Shown here piece after piece: positions 1-13,737 of a DNA stretch of 64,000 nucleotides. Position numbers and translations under genes: made by a program. This DNA is from Candidatus Latescibacterota bacterium (lineage in GTDB: Bacteria > Latescibacterota > UBA2968 > UBA8231): the NCBI GenBank assembly GCA_965242865.1, contig CBDETK010000013.1:3072001-3136000 (forward strand). The letters run 5' to 3'. The notes beneath the pieces are model-generated. The model saw only the letters and a program-made list of their open reading frames with translations. It did not search any database and was not told the DNA's origin. Each line of letters opens with the position of its first letter. The first letter of the stretch is position 1.

Positions 1-375
1 GAAGCGGCGCACAAAGCCAATGGTCAGCCGCACATCGGCTTGGCGGCAAGCATTCGCCATGCGCCGCGCATCGGCTACCTTCAGCGCCATGGGCTTCTCG
101 CAGAAGACGTGCTTGCCGGCTTTGGCCGCGGCGACGACCGGCGCGGGGTGCTCAAAGGTGGGGGTGCAGACCCACACCGCGTCGATAGCGGCTAGGTCGA
201 GCAGGTCGCGAAAGTCCGCGAAATGGTGGTCGGCGCCGAAGTCGCGGGCGAACGCTGCGGCCGCGTCGGCCACGACATCCGCAGCCGCGAGAATGCGTGC
301 GCCCCGGATTTGGGATAAGCATTTGGCGTGATGGCGGGCAATGCCGCCGCAACCGATAAAACCGATGTTCAGCAT
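1..375 (-). CDS. Gfo/Idh/MocA family oxidoreductase (5' part, truncated by window edge)
   Basis: Manual translation from ATG at 375: MLNIGFIGCGGIARHH...AIDAVWVCTPTFEH...GKHVFCEKPMAL. Rossmann GxGxxA and EKP motifs; GGAGA RBS upstream. Confidence 0.9.
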   Translation of the reverse strand, partial: MLNIGFIGCGGIARHHAKCLSQIRGARILAAADVVADAAAAFARDFGADHHFADFRDLLDLAAIDAVWVCTPTFEHPAPVVAAAKAGKHVFCEKPMALKVADARRMANACRQADVRLTIGFVRRF

Positions 376-591
376 GATCTTCTCCTATTGGCACGTAGGG
401 GGTTGCGAGGACAAAAGTAATGGCGTCTAGCGCGGCGTTTGTCAAGGGCCGGTCCACAAATTCAAAAGAAGCAACTCCTTGTCAAACAAAATGTTACAAC
501 GCCTAGAAGCACTTGACTTACCTTGACTTTTCCCTAGCCCAAGCATAGCTTTTTCCATCACTTTTCTCTGTGGAAAGGCAAGCAAAAGGTC

Positions 592-2334
592 GTGCAGACC
601 TCATTTCCCATACAAGTCGCGCTGGCGTCGTTGCTCTTGGCTGCTCCCGCGCTCCGCGCCCAACCGCTCATGGCGCCCAGCGAGCTGCGCCGCGGCATGA
701 GCGGCTTTGGGCTGACGACCTTCCAAGGCACTGAGATCGACACCTTCCAAGTCGAAATTTTGGGGGTGCTAAAAGGGGCTTTAGGGCCGCGCATGGACAT
801 GATCCTCGCTCGGCTCTCGGGCGGCCCGTTGGAGCACACCGGGCTGATAAGGGGCATGAGCGGCAGCCCGGTGTACATCGACGGGCGGCTCATCGGCGCC
901 ATCGCTTACGGCTGGTACTTTTCCAAGGACCCCATCGGCGGGATCACCCCCATCGCCGATATGCTCGAAGTCGCCACGCGCCAACATCCCACGCCAAACC
1001 AGTACGGAAAAGCCTTAGACCTAGACGAAGAGACCACCCGCCTGCTCGGCGGCGAAGGCGTCAGCACCCTAGCGCCGCTGGGGCTCCCCATAGCTCTTGC
1101 CGGCTTCAGTCCGCGGGGGCGGCACGTGTTGCGCGACGCGCTCGACGCGCCGGGCATCCAGCTTTTGGACAGCCCGGCCGGGCAGGTGCTGCCCGACCGA
1201 GAAGCGTCCGTCGCGCCGGGGGCCTCGCTGGCCGTGCAGCTAATCCGCGGCGATTACAGCGCCGCGGCCATCGGCACCCTTACCTGGGTCGGCGACGGAC
1301 GCTTCGTCGGCTTTGGGCATCCGATGTTTTTTCTTGGGGCCACCAACCTGCCCGCCGCCGGCGCTTACATCCACCAAGTCATCCCCGTTCAGACCGCCTC
1401 CTTCAAGCTGGGGACGCCGACCAGCGCAATGGGGGCGGTGCGCCAAGACCGCTTGGCCGCGATCGCCGGGACGCTGGGCCAAGTGCCGGACATGCTGCCC
1501 GTGCGAGTGGCCCTGCGGTCGGCGGCTGGCGATCGCGCCTTCCGCTGCGAGGTGCTGCGCCACCCCGAGCTGAGCGCGTCCTTTGTTCGCTCGGTTTTGT
1601 TCAACGCGCTCGAAACAACCGAAAAGCTCTTTGGCGACGCGACGCTGCGGATGCGTACCCACATCGCCCTGACCGATGGTCGCACGGTGGAGCGCGAGCA
1701 GATGTACAGCAGCGGCATCGCGCTGCTCACCGCCGCGATAGACGCCGTGCAGCCGGTTGAGGTGCTGCTCAACAATCCCTTTGCCGGGCTGACGTTAGAT
1801 TCGCTGCACTTTGAGTTGGAAATCGGCGAAACCCTAGCGCAAGCCCGCATCACCGGCCTGCGGCTGTCGCCGCCCGATCCCAAGGTTGGGCAGCGGGTTT
1901 TGCTGCAAGCGACGTTGCAACCGCATCGCGCCGAGCCGGTTACAGAGCATCTAGCGTTGGACTTGCCCGCGCATCTCGAACCCGGCTCCTTCGTCGTGCG
2001 CGTCGGCAGCGGCGTGGCGAGCACCGGTTGGGACGCGGCGCGGCGGCCCGATGCGTTGGTGCCGCGCAATGCCGCCGACTTGCTCGCATTGCTAGAGCGC
2101 ACCGGGGCCGCGGACGAACTAGTCGTCGAAGTTTTTCGCGCTGGGGCGGGCTTTACGGTGGACGGGCGCGAGTTGCCCGGTTTGCCGCCCTCGGCGTTGG
2201 CCGTGCTGAGCGCGGACCGCTCGGCCGGGCATCTAGGACCGGTGCAAGGCGAGGTCGTCCTCCGCCGCACTTTAACCACTGCGTACGTCCTCTTAGGCGA
2301 GCAAAGTCTCGACATGACCTTGAGAAAGCCCTGA
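592..2334 (+). CDS. Secreted SpoIVB-like peptidase S55 domain protein
   Basis: Signal peptide; GLIRGMSGSPVYIDGRLIGAIAY (catalytic Ser motif) and FGHPM; long C-terminal extension. Confidence 0.85.
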   Translation: MQTSFPIQVALASLLLAAPALRAQPLMAPSELRRGMSGFGLTTFQGTEIDTFQVEILGVLKGALGPRMDMILARLSGGPLEHTGLIRGMSGSPVYIDGRLIGAIAYGWYFSKDPIGGITPIADMLEVATRQHPTPNQYGKALDLDEETTRLLGGEGVSTLAPLGLPIALAGFSPRGRHVLRDALDAPGIQLLDSPAGQVLPDREASVAPGASLAVQLIRGDYSAAAIGTLTWVGDGRFVGFGHPMFFLGATNLPAAGAYIHQVIPVQTASFKLGTPTSAMGAVRQDRLAAIAGTLGQVPDMLPVRVALRSAAGDRAFRCEVLRHPELSASFVRSVLFNALETTEKLFGDATLRMRTHIALTDGRTVEREQMYSSGIALLTAAIDAVQPVEVLLNNPFAGLTLDSLHFELEIGETLAQARITGLRLSPPDPKVGQRVLLQATLQPHRAEPVTEHLALDLPAHLEPGSFVVRVGSGVASTGWDAARRPDALVPRNAADLLALLERTGAADELVVEVFRAGAGFTVDGRELPGLPPSALAVLSADRSAGHLGPVQGEVVLRRTLTTAYVLLGEQSLDMTLRKP

Positions 2335-2338
2335 TCGA

Positions 2339-4369
2339 ATGATGCGTACTACGACCCGAGCCCTGCTTTTGTTTTTCTTGCTGCTGTCGGCGGCCAGCGC
2401 GGCCGACGCCGGGCGCACCAAGGCTTGGCAGCAGCATGCGTACGACGACTTTGCCCAAGGCGAGAGCGAAGGCATCTCCATTGCCGCAGACGGCGCACTG
2501 GAGCTAGCACCCGCGCTCGTCGAGCTAGCGGCCTTAGACGCCGAGCGCGTCTGGTCCGTGACGCCCAATCCCAAGGGGGGGCTTTACGTGGGCACTGGCG
2601 ATTCGGGCCGGCTCTTTGTCGTTGATGACGAGGGGCAAGCCGAGTTGCTGTTCGATTCGCCCGAACTCGTCCTCCACGCCCTGCTCGTCGGAGCCGATGG
2701 TCGGCTCTACGCAGGCTCGGCCCCCGATGGCCTAATCTACGCGCTCGACGGCGAGGGGCCGGCGGAAACCCTGCTCCAGACCGGCAGCCACTACGTGTGG
2801 GACTTCGCCCTAATGGACGGCCAGCTCTACGCGGCCACGGGCGAGCCCGGCCGAGTGCTCAAAGTTGCCAACGATGGGTCGCACGAGGTCTTTTTTGACC
2901 CTGAAGACCGCCACGTTATGACGCTGCTCGTCCACCAGGGGCGCCTGTACGCCGGCACGGCCGGCAAGGGCCGCATCTACGAGCTCGACCGCGAGGGCCG
3001 CGGGCGGCTGCTCTTTGAAAGCGAGCAAGATGAAATTCACAACCTCGTGGCAGGTGCCAATGGGAAGGTTTTTGCCAGCGCGATTCCCGCGCAGGGCAAC
3101 GGCGAAAGCTCCCACGAGGTCCCAGCAGCCGTGTACCGAGTCGGCGCGGAGGGGGCGGTCTATCCGATCTGGGAGGATGCCGAAACCCAGTTCGTCAACC
3201 TCGTGGCAGCCGGCGAACACCTGCTGCTCAGCACCTCCAGCCCGGCGCGGCTTTTGCGCCTCAGCGCCGATGGCGGCCGGGCGTTGGTCGCGCAATTCGA
3301 GAGCTTTGTCCCCAGCCGCCTCTGGTTCGGGCCAAGGGGCGCGCTTTATATGGGCGGGGCGCAAAATGCCGTCGTCTCTGTTCTGCCCGGGGCCGGCCGC
3401 CGCCACGGGCACTTTGAATCCGCGGTTGAAGATTTTGCCATCCACACACGGTGGGGGGTGCTCGAATGGCGCGGCACCCAACCGGCAGACACCCGCATAA
3501 CCGTGCAGACGCGCACCGGCAACAGCGAGGTGCCGGGCCAGACTTGGAGCGCGTGGTCTGAGCCGCTGACTGAGAGCGGCCAAACCATCACCAGCCCCCC
3601 CGCTCGCTTTATCCAATACCGGGTCGAGCTGGAATCCACCCACGACGAGGCCACGCCCCGGCTCCGCTCAATCGAAATCCGCGGCGTCCAAGTCAACCTC
3701 AAGCCGCGCATTACCGAGCTGCAAATTTTTCCCTTCCGGCCCCAACAATCCGGCAACGGCGGCCAACCCCAAGGCGTCCCTCAAGCGGGCCAAGGGCGGC
3801 GCAACAATCGTCCCCCTCACGCCAAGAGCCTGCGCCTAGTGCGCTGGCAAGCGCAAGACCCCAACGAGGACGGGCTGGTGTACGATCTCTATCTCAAGGG
3901 CGAGGGGCAACGCACGTGGAAGTTGGTCGAAGAAAACATCGCGCAAACCTCGATTGTCTGGGACACCGAAGCCATGCCCGAAGGCCAGACCCAGCTCAAG
4001 CTGGTGGCCTCGGACCGCTTGGACAACTCAGCGGCCGAACGCCTGCGCGACGAGCGAGAAAGCGCGCCCTTTGCCATTGACAACAGCCCGCCAACCGTTG
4101 AACTCAACGCCCAGCTCAAGGCCGAGGGCGCAGTCGTCGAAGTGGCGATTCGCGACCGCATCTCAGCGGTGCAAAAAGCCTATTACACCATTGATTACGG
4201 CGAACAACAGCACCCCATCGCGCCGCTGGACGGCGTCTTTGACAGCCGCGGCGAACAGGCGCGCTTTGCCGTTGAAGGGCTGGCGTCGGGCGAGCACGTC
4301 ATTGTCGTGCAGGCCATCGACGCCCTCGACAACATCGGCGTGCGGCAAATCGTCGTCCAAATTGAGTGA
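2339..4369 (+). CDS. Secreted beta-propeller plus Ig/FN3-like protein, partner of the S55 peptidase
   Basis: Signal peptide; repeated LYxGTGxxGxxY blades; C-terminal WxAxDPNxDxLxY and IDNSPP Ig-like motifs. Confidence 0.7.
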   Translation: MMRTTTRALLLFFLLLSAASAADAGRTKAWQQHAYDDFAQGESEGISIAADGALELAPALVELAALDAERVWSVTPNPKGGLYVGTGDSGRLFVVDDEGQAELLFDSPELVLHALLVGADGRLYAGSAPDGLIYALDGEGPAETLLQTGSHYVWDFALMDGQLYAATGEPGRVLKVANDGSHEVFFDPEDRHVMTLLVHQGRLYAGTAGKGRIYELDREGRGRLLFESEQDEIHNLVAGANGKVFASAIPAQGNGESSHEVPAAVYRVGAEGAVYPIWEDAETQFVNLVAAGEHLLLSTSSPARLLRLSADGGRALVAQFESFVPSRLWFGPRGALYMGGAQNAVVSVLPGAGRRHGHFESAVEDFAIHTRWGVLEWRGTQPADTRITVQTRTGNSEVPGQTWSAWSEPLTESGQTITSPPARFIQYRVELESTHDEATPRLRSIEIRGVQVNLKPRITELQIFPFRPQQSGNGGQPQGVPQAGQGRRNNRPPHAKSLRLVRWQAQDPNEDGLVYDLYLKGEGQRTWKLVEENIAQTSIVWDTEAMPEGQTQLKLVASDRLDNSAAERLRDERESAPFAIDNSPPTVELNAQLKAEGAVVEVAIRDRISAVQKAYYTIDYGEQQHPIAPLDGVFDSRGEQARFAVEGLASGEHVIVVQAIDALDNIGVRQIVVQIE

Positions 4370-5463
4370 ACGCGCCCGCGCAATACATGCGCCGCGCCCT
4401 GCGGTTGGCGCAGCGAGGGCGCGGTAAGGTTAGCCCCAATCCCATGGTCGGCGCGGTGGTGGTGCGCGAGGACTGCATCGTCGGCGAAGGGGCGCACTTG
4501 CAGGTCGGCGGCGCCCATGCCGAGGTCCACGCCCTGCGCGGAGCCGGGGCCGAAGCGCGAGGGGCCGATCTCTATGTTACACTGGAACCCTGCTCCTTCC
4601 ACGGCCGCACCCCCCCCTGCACCGAAGCCGTGCTGCGCGCTGGCATTAAAAGGCTCTACTGCGCCATGGAAGACCCGGACGAGCGCGTGTCCGGGCGGGG
4701 GCTTGCCGCGCTGCGGGAAAAGGGCGTTGCCATTGAGGTCGGGCTTGGCGCCGAAGAGGCGCAGCGCCTCAACGCCGCGTACATCAAACACCGCACCCAA
4801 AACCTGCCCTGGGTCGCGCTCAAGCTGGCGCAGACCCTCGACGGGCGCATTGCGGCGCGCAGCGGCGATGCGCGTTGGATCACGGGGCCCCGAGCGCGGC
4901 GTCACGTCCATCGCTGGCGGTCTTGGGTCGATGCCGTAGTCGTGGGCGCGGGCACCGTGCAAGCCGACGATCCCCTCCTGACGGTGCGCCACGTGTCCGG
5001 GCGCGATCCGCGGCCCATCGTCATCGACGGCCGCTTGCGTACGTCACCCGAAGCGCGCGTCTATCAGCGGCCTGGGGCCGTACTCGTCACCGCCCAAGAC
5101 GCGCCCGCCGACAAGCGCCGAGCCTACGCGGCCCAAGGAGCCGAGGTTTGGCTTTTTCCGGCGGCGGCCGGGCGCATTGACCTGCGCCAACCTTTCGGGC
5201 GCATGGCGTGCGAGGGCATGACCAGCGTCCTCCTCGAAGGCGGGGGCCAGTTGGCCGCGGCCGCACTCAGCGACCGCGTCGTCGACCAAGTCCTGCTTTA
5301 CCTCGCACCGCGACTGATGGGCGCGGGCGTGGCTGCCATTGGCGACTTGGGGATTGAACGCGCGGCCGAGGCCATTCAACTGGCGTCCAGCCGCACCCAG
5401 CGACTCGGCCCCGACCTGCTCTACACGGCTGAGGTCCGATACCCTTGTTCACCGGACTCATAG
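4366..5463 (+). CDS. ribD: Bifunctional riboflavin deaminase/reductase
   Basis: SPNPMVG, HAEV, TLEPCSFHGRTPPC, KLAQTLDG and EGGGQL motifs. Confidence 0.97.
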   Translation: MNAPAQYMRRALRLAQRGRGKVSPNPMVGAVVVREDCIVGEGAHLQVGGAHAEVHALRGAGAEARGADLYVTLEPCSFHGRTPPCTEAVLRAGIKRLYCAMEDPDERVSGRGLAALREKGVAIEVGLGAEEAQRLNAAYIKHRTQNLPWVALKLAQTLDGRIAARSGDARWITGPRARRHVHRWRSWVDAVVVGAGTVQADDPLLTVRHVSGRDPRPIVIDGRLRTSPEARVYQRPGAVLVTAQDAPADKRRAYAAQGAEVWLFPAAAGRIDLRQPFGRMACEGMTSVLLEGGGQLAAAALSDRVVDQVLLYLAPRLMGAGVAAIGDLGIERAAEAIQLASSRTQRLGPDLLYTAEVRYPCSPDS

Positions 5464-6074
5464 AAGAACTCGGAAGGGTGCGCGGCCGCGTGCGCCGCGG
5501 CAGGTTCCAGCGGTTGGAGATCGAGGCCGAGCGCGTTCTCCCCGGCTTGCAGGTGGGGGACAGCGTCAATATCGACGGGGTTTGCCAGACGGTCGTGGCC
5601 ATCGCAGCGAGCGGCTTTGCGGTCGAGACGGTCCCCGAAACGATCGCCCGCACGACCTTGGGGCTCCTCGGCATCGGGCAAGCCGTCAACCTAGAGCGCG
5701 CCCTCCGCGCCGACCAGCGGCTCGCTGGACACCTCGTCTTGGGGCACGTCGATGGCATAGCCCGCATTCGCCGGTGCATTGAGCGCGATGGCGAGCATCG
5801 CTTGGAGATCGAGCCGCCGCCCGCGCTCGCTTGCTACATCGCTGCCAAAGGCTCGGTGGCCCTCGACGGCATCAGCCTGACGGTGGCCGAGGTCCGCGGC
5901 CATGCCTTTACGGTCGCGGTCATACCGCATACATTTGACAATACTACGCTTAGCCACCGGCGCACCGGTGATTCCGTCAACCTCGAAGTGGATGTGATCG
6001 CCCGCTATGTCGAGCGTTTGCTCGGCAGGAACCCCCCGCTCAGCTTTGAGAACTTGCGCGATATGGGATACTGA
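5445..6074 (+). CDS. ribE: Riboflavin synthase (alpha chain)
   Basis: N-terminal MFTGLIEE; VNLERA, GHLVLGHVDG, KGSVALDGISLTV. Confidence 0.97.
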   Translation: MFTGLIEELGRVRGRVRRGRFQRLEIEAERVLPGLQVGDSVNIDGVCQTVVAIAASGFAVETVPETIARTTLGLLGIGQAVNLERALRADQRLAGHLVLGHVDGIARIRRCIERDGEHRLEIEPPPALACYIAAKGSVALDGISLTVAEVRGHAFTVAVIPHTFDNTTLSHRRTGDSVNLEVDVIARYVERLLGRNPPLSFENLRDMGY

Positions 6075-6077
6075 GCA

Positions 6078-7325
6078 ATGCTCGATTTTAACACCATTGA
6101 AGAAGTGGTCGAGGACCTGCAAGACGGCCGCATGGCCGTGCTCGTCGACGAGTGCGAGGCCGTGGGCGAGGGCGTGCTGGTAATGCTCGCCGAGCGAGCC
6201 ACGGCCGCCTCTGTCAACTTCATGACGCGCTGCGCTAGCAGCCCGCCCGTAGTCGCCGCCGCTAGAAAGCACCTCAAAGCCCTCGAACTACACCTACAGG
6301 TCTCCAAGGCCCACGAGCCTAGGGACGCCTCGATCATGGTCTCGGTCAGTGCCCGCGCCATTGAGGGCACCGGCGTTTCAGCGCAGGACCGCGCCGCGAC
6401 CATCCGCAAACTAGCCGACCCCAACAGCGTACCCGAAGACTTCGTCCAGCCCGGGCACGTCACGCCGCTCCAAGCCCAACCGGGCGGCGTGTTGCGCCGC
6501 GCCGGGCACACCGAGGCCGCGGTTGATCTGGCGCAGATGGCCGATTGCCAGCCCGTGGCCTTAATCGCCGCCATCCTCGACGAAGCAGGGGCACTGGCCG
6601 ACGCATCCTACTTGCTCGGCTTCGCCCGCGACCACGGCTGCAAAATTACGACCATCCACGACCTGATTGCCCATCGCCGACGCACCGAGAAACTGATTCA
6701 CCTAGAGGCTCAGTCGCCCATGCCGACCCGCTACGGCGAATTCACGGCTTACGCGTACCGCAGCTTAGTTGACGACAACCCGTACCTTGCTTTAGTGCAT
6801 GGCGAGGTCGCCGATGGTCGCGACACGTTGGTCCGCATGCACTCGGGGTGTCTGACGGGCGACGCGCTCGGCTCGCTGCTGTGCGACTGCGGCGAACAGC
6901 TAGCGCAATCCATGCAGCTCATTGCCGCGGAGGGACGCGGCGTTATCGTCTATATTCAGCACCACGAAGGGCGCGGCATCGGCATTTTGCACAAGCTCAA
7001 GGCTTATGAGCTGCAACAGCAGCAAGGGCTCGACACCATTGAGGCCAACCACGCCCTCGGCCACCCCATGGACTCGCGCGACTACGGCATCGGCGCCCAA
7101 GTGCTCTACGATCTAGGGTTGCGCCGAGTGCGCTTTTTGACCAACAATCCCAAGAAGCGGGTCGGCTTGGAGGCCTACGGCCTAACCGTCGTGGAGCAAG
7201 TGCCGATTGAGGCCGCGCCCAACCCGCACAATATCCGCTACCTAACAACCAAGCGCGACAAGATGGGCCACGCCCTCTTGCTCAAGTGCGCCGCCGAGGA
7301 CCAAAGCAATGCCAAAAGTGCATGA
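6078..7325 (+). CDS. ribBA: RibBA fusion: degenerate DHBP synthase domain plus GTP cyclohydrolase II
   Basis: GCHII motifs [25 protein letters not shown] and TNNPKK. The N-domain keeps PGH and RAGHTEA but lacks RENEGD. Confidence 0.93.
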   Translation: MLDFNTIEEVVEDLQDGRMAVLVDECEAVGEGVLVMLAERATAASVNFMTRCASSPPVVAAARKHLKALELHLQVSKAHEPRDASIMVSVSARAIEGTGVSAQDRAATIRKLADPNSVPEDFVQPGHVTPLQAQPGGVLRRAGHTEAAVDLAQMADCQPVALIAAILDEAGALADASYLLGFARDHGCKITTIHDLIAHRRRTEKLIHLEAQSPMPTRYGEFTAYAYRSLVDDNPYLALVHGEVADGRDTLVRMHSGCLTGDALGSLLCDCGEQLAQSMQLIAAEGRGVIVYIQHHEGRGIGILHKLKAYELQQQQGLDTIEANHALGHPMDSRDYGIGAQVLYDLGLRRVRFLTNNPKKRVGLEAYGLTVVEQVPIEAAPNPHNIRYLTTKRDKMGHALLLKCAAEDQSNAKSA

Positions 7326-7776
7326 AGGACAGCTCGACGCTCGGGGCCGCAAGTTCGGCATTGCGGTCAGCCGCTTCAACGACTTGGTGACCACCCGGCT
7401 CCTCGACGGCGCGTTGGACTGCATCCAGCGGCACGGTGGCGACGGCAATCACATTGAGATCGCCTGGGTGCCCGGGGCCTTTGAGTTGCCCATTGCCGCC
7501 AAAAAGCTAGCGCACTCGGGGCGCTTTCACGTCGTCCTCTGTCTGGGGGCCATCGTCCGCAGCGATACGCCCCACTTCGACTACGTGGCGAGCGAAGCGG
7601 CCAAGGGCATCGCTCGCGTCGGCCTCGACAGCGGCATTCCAGTGATCTTTGGCGTCATCACGGCCGACACAGTAGAGCAGGCCGTGCAGCGCGCCGGCGT
7701 CAAGGCCGGCAATCGCGGCTGGGACGCCGCCCTCAATGCGGTTGAGATGGCCAGCTTAATGGCCGAGTTGGGATGA
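7309..7776 (+). CDS. ribH: 6,7-dimethyl-8-ribityllumazine synthase
   Basis: [29 protein letters not shown]. Confidence 0.97.
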   Translation: MPKVHEGQLDARGRKFGIAVSRFNDLVTTRLLDGALDCIQRHGGDGNHIEIAWVPGAFELPIAAKKLAHSGRFHVVLCLGAIVRSDTPHFDYVASEAAKGIARVGLDSGIPVIFGVITADTVEQAVQRAGVKAGNRGWDAALNAVEMASLMAELG

Positions 7777-8240
7777 GCGGCGAAGACGATTTTTTTGGCG
7801 ATGGGACTTCGGCCGACGAGGCGCCGCCCAACAACCGCCACGGCGCTCGCCAAGTGGCCTTGCAGGCGCTGTACTGGGAGCAGAGTGCCCAGACCGATTC
7901 ACTCGACGCCCTAGCCGAGCTGTGCGGGCGCTTTGGCTTGACGCAGGAGGTGCAATCCTTTGCGGCCAAACTCTTGCAGTGCGCGACCGAACATGCGGCC
8001 GAATTGGACGCGCTGGCCGCGGCCCGGGTCCAGCACTGGCACTGGGAGCGCGTCGCCCGCATCGATCGCCTGATCCTGCGCTTGGCCTTGGCCGAAATGC
8101 TCTTCATCGAGGAAATTCCCGTCCGGGTCTCCATTTTTGAAGCGGTCGAACTCGCCAAGTCGTACAGCACCGACAAGTCTTACGCCTTCGTCAATGGCGT
8201 CCTCGACGGCGTCGTGCGCCAGAAGGGACTCAGCGTCTGA
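7773..8240 (+). CDS. nusB: Transcription antitermination factor NusB
   Basis: [32 protein letters not shown]; follows ribH. Confidence 0.95.
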   Translation: MSGEDDFFGDGTSADEAPPNNRHGARQVALQALYWEQSAQTDSLDALAELCGRFGLTQEVQSFAAKLLQCATEHAAELDALAAARVQHWHWERVARIDRLILRLALAEMLFIEEIPVRVSIFEAVELAKSYSTDKSYAFVNGVLDGVVRQKGLSV

Positions 8241-8284
8241 ACGTCAGTCCGCCCACACTGGGCCTAGTTTTATGAGGATTTAGC

Positions 8285-11545
<3,261 letters not shown>

Positions 11546-11559
11546 GCGGTTGAAGCGAC

Positions 11560-13026
11560 ATGGCCTTTTGGGAAGTACTCTGTCTGGTGGTGTACAGCGC
11601 GATCATCGCCGTTCTCGGGGTGTACGGCTTCCACCGCTACCAGCTACTGCGCCTGTTCTATCGGCATCACCCAACCCCGATTCCCGCGCCCAGCCGCTTT
11701 GCCGAGTTGCCCTTTGTCACGGTCCAGTTGCCGCTCTACAACGAATATCACGTCATTGACCGCTTGCTAGAGGCCGTGGGCCGGATCGACTACCCACGCG
11801 ACCGCTTGCAAATCCAGATTCTCGACGATTCGCAGGACGAAACCCGCGACAAGGCCCGGGCTTGGGCCGCCCGGCTGATGGCCCAAGCGCTAGAGGTCGA
11901 GTACCTGGGCCGAGTCCAGCGGCACGGCTTTAAGGCCGGGGCCCTGGCCGCTGGGCTGGCGTGCGCCCGGGGCGAATTTGTGTTGGTCCTCGACGCCGAT
12001 TTCGTGCCGCCGCCCGACATCTTACAACGGGCTATTCACTACTTTACCGACGATTCCATCGGCCTAGTCCAGATGCGGTGGGGGCATCTCAACCGCTCCT
12101 ACTCGCTCCTAACGCGCATCCAATCGATCTTTCTCGACGGGCACTTCGTCGTCGAGCACACCGCCCGCAACCGCTCGGGCCGCTTCTTCAACTTCAATGG
12201 CACCGCCGGGATCTGGCGCAAAAAGGCCATTTACGACGCCGGCGGCTGGCAGCACGACACCCTCACGGAAGACCTCGATTTGAGCTACCGCGCCCAGCTA
12301 GCGGGCTGGCAGTTTCGCTACCTGCCCGAAATTGAAGTGCCCGGCGAGATTCCCGTTGAGATCAACGCCTTTAAGTCGCAACAGCACCGCTGGACCAAGG
12401 GCGCGGTACAGGTGGCCAAGAAGGTGCTGCCGCAGATTTGGCACTCTGCGCTCCCGGCCAAGATCAAGGTCGAGGCCACCTTTCACCTGACGGCCAACCT
12501 CTGCTACATCATGATGTTCTTGATGGCCCTGTTGACCCTGCCGGTGCTCTCCATTCGCTCGCAACTGGGCTGGGAGCGGCTCTTTATCATCGATTTGCCG
12601 CTGTTTTCCTTTGCCACCATGGCCATTTCCGGCTTCTACATTACCTCCCAGCGCGTGCTCTACCCGGACTGGCGACGGCAGATCAAGTACCTGCCCATGC
12701 TGATGGCTATTGGCATGAGCCTTTGCATCAACAACACCCGGGCGGTGATCGAGGGGCTCGTCGGCTACCAAACCGATTTCCTGCGGACCCCCAAATACGG
12801 GCTTACCGGACGCCGAGGCCAAGGCCAGCCGCGCAAGTACCTAAGCCGCTGGCCCCTGCTGTCTTTGGGCGAGCTGGGCATGGCGTTCTACCTCGTCGTC
12901 GCCGTCTATCACGCCTACGCGACCGGCCTGTACTTGGGGATGCCCTTCCTGTTGCTCTTCCACGCCGGCTTTCTCTACACCGGGTTGCTCTCCAGCAGCC
13001 AGCACTGGTTCCACCGAGGGGGCTAA
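11560..13026 (+). CDS. Processive GT2 glycosyltransferase (cellulose synthase-like)
   Basis: DDS, FKAGAL, DADF, TEDLD and QQHRW (QxxRW) motifs; N- and C-terminal TM helices. Confidence 0.92.
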   Translation: MAFWEVLCLVVYSAIIAVLGVYGFHRYQLLRLFYRHHPTPIPAPSRFAELPFVTVQLPLYNEYHVIDRLLEAVGRIDYPRDRLQIQILDDSQDETRDKARAWAARLMAQALEVEYLGRVQRHGFKAGALAAGLACARGEFVLVLDADFVPPPDILQRAIHYFTDDSIGLVQMRWGHLNRSYSLLTRIQSIFLDGHFVVEHTARNRSGRFFNFNGTAGIWRKKAIYDAGGWQHDTLTEDLDLSYRAQLAGWQFRYLPEIEVPGEIPVEINAFKSQQHRWTKGAVQVAKKVLPQIWHSALPAKIKVEATFHLTANLCYIMMFLMALLTLPVLSIRSQLGWERLFIIDLPLFSFATMAISGFYITSQRVLYPDWRRQIKYLPMLMAIGMSLCINNTRAVIEGLVGYQTDFLRTPKYGLTGRRGQGQPRKYLSRWPLLSLGELGMAFYLVVAVYHAYATGLYLGMPFLLLFHAGFLYTGLLSSSQHWFHRGG

Positions 13027-13030
13027 ATGC

Positions 13031-13064
13031 AAAAAGCCCCCGGGCCACGCGGCCTGGGGGCTTT
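13031..13064. terminator. Probable bidirectional intrinsic terminator
   Basis: AAAAAGCCCCCGGGCC-ACGC-GGCCTGGGGGCTTT hairpin between convergent genes. Confidence 0.8.
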
Positions 13065-13089
13065 GTTCTCGCTGATTGCGACAGTGCGG

Positions 13090-13572
13090 TCAGTTAGAGG
13101 GCCACACGAGGGGATAGGGATCGGTGAGCCGCCGCTGCAACCACAAGATATCGACGGCTTTGTAGTGCCGTTTGGTCAGCTTCTCGATGTGGCGCACCCC
13201 AATATCCACGTTGCTCTTTTCGCGCCGCAGCTCGCGGCCTTTGTCCCCGGACAGTGGAATTGATTCCGCTACATTTGTGACGTAGAGGTTGTGGGCCAAG
13301 CGCAATTCTTTGTAGTCCAGATTGTCCGGCACGAGCCCTTTCAACTCGGTGACATAGTCGTTGATGAGCTGGCGCGCTTTGGCCAAGTCCTGCTCAGAAA
13401 TCTCGGAGAGCGGTTTTCTCAAATGCTCAATGGTCTCGACAACCTGCTTGTTTTTGCCGTCTAGCTTCTGCATCTGCTCAACGTAATCAAGCAGGATCTG
13501 TCTCTCCGCCTCCTCGCCACCGCAGGCGACCAGACCCACTGCCAACGCCAACACAGCCAGTTTCTTCGACAT
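13090..13572 (-). CDS. Hypothetical alpha-helical lipoprotein
   Basis: MSKKLAVLALAVGLVAC lipobox; GGAGG RBS before ATG 13572. Confidence 0.8.
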   Translation of the reverse strand: MSKKLAVLALAVGLVACGGEEAERQILLDYVEQMQKLDGKNKQVVETIEHLRKPLSEISEQDLAKARQLINDYVTELKGLVPDNLDYKELRLAHNLYVTNVAESIPLSGDKGRELRREKSNVDIGVRHIEKLTKRHYKAVDILWLQRRLTDPYPLVWPSN

Positions 13573-13737
13573 ATAGACCTCCCTGTAGGGTGAGATTCTC
13601 TGTTTCGTCGGCCTCAAAATACGCCTCAGAGAGGCGAAAATCAAGCACTCTCTACGCCGGACCTATTGACGGAGTTCGGGTGCGCTCATAATATCAATTT
13701 TTCGCATCCCACGATCTCACCTGAGGGCATCTATTCC

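Noticed and set aside
376-591. FMN riboswitch for the rib operon
   Set aside because: No RFN consensus seen; only AT-rich divergent promoter sequence with short CTTGACTT repeats.
1389-3643. Long antisense ORFs (308 aa, 277 aa) and similar overlapping ORFs elsewhere
   Set aside because: Low-information translations overlapping well-supported genes; expected at high GC.
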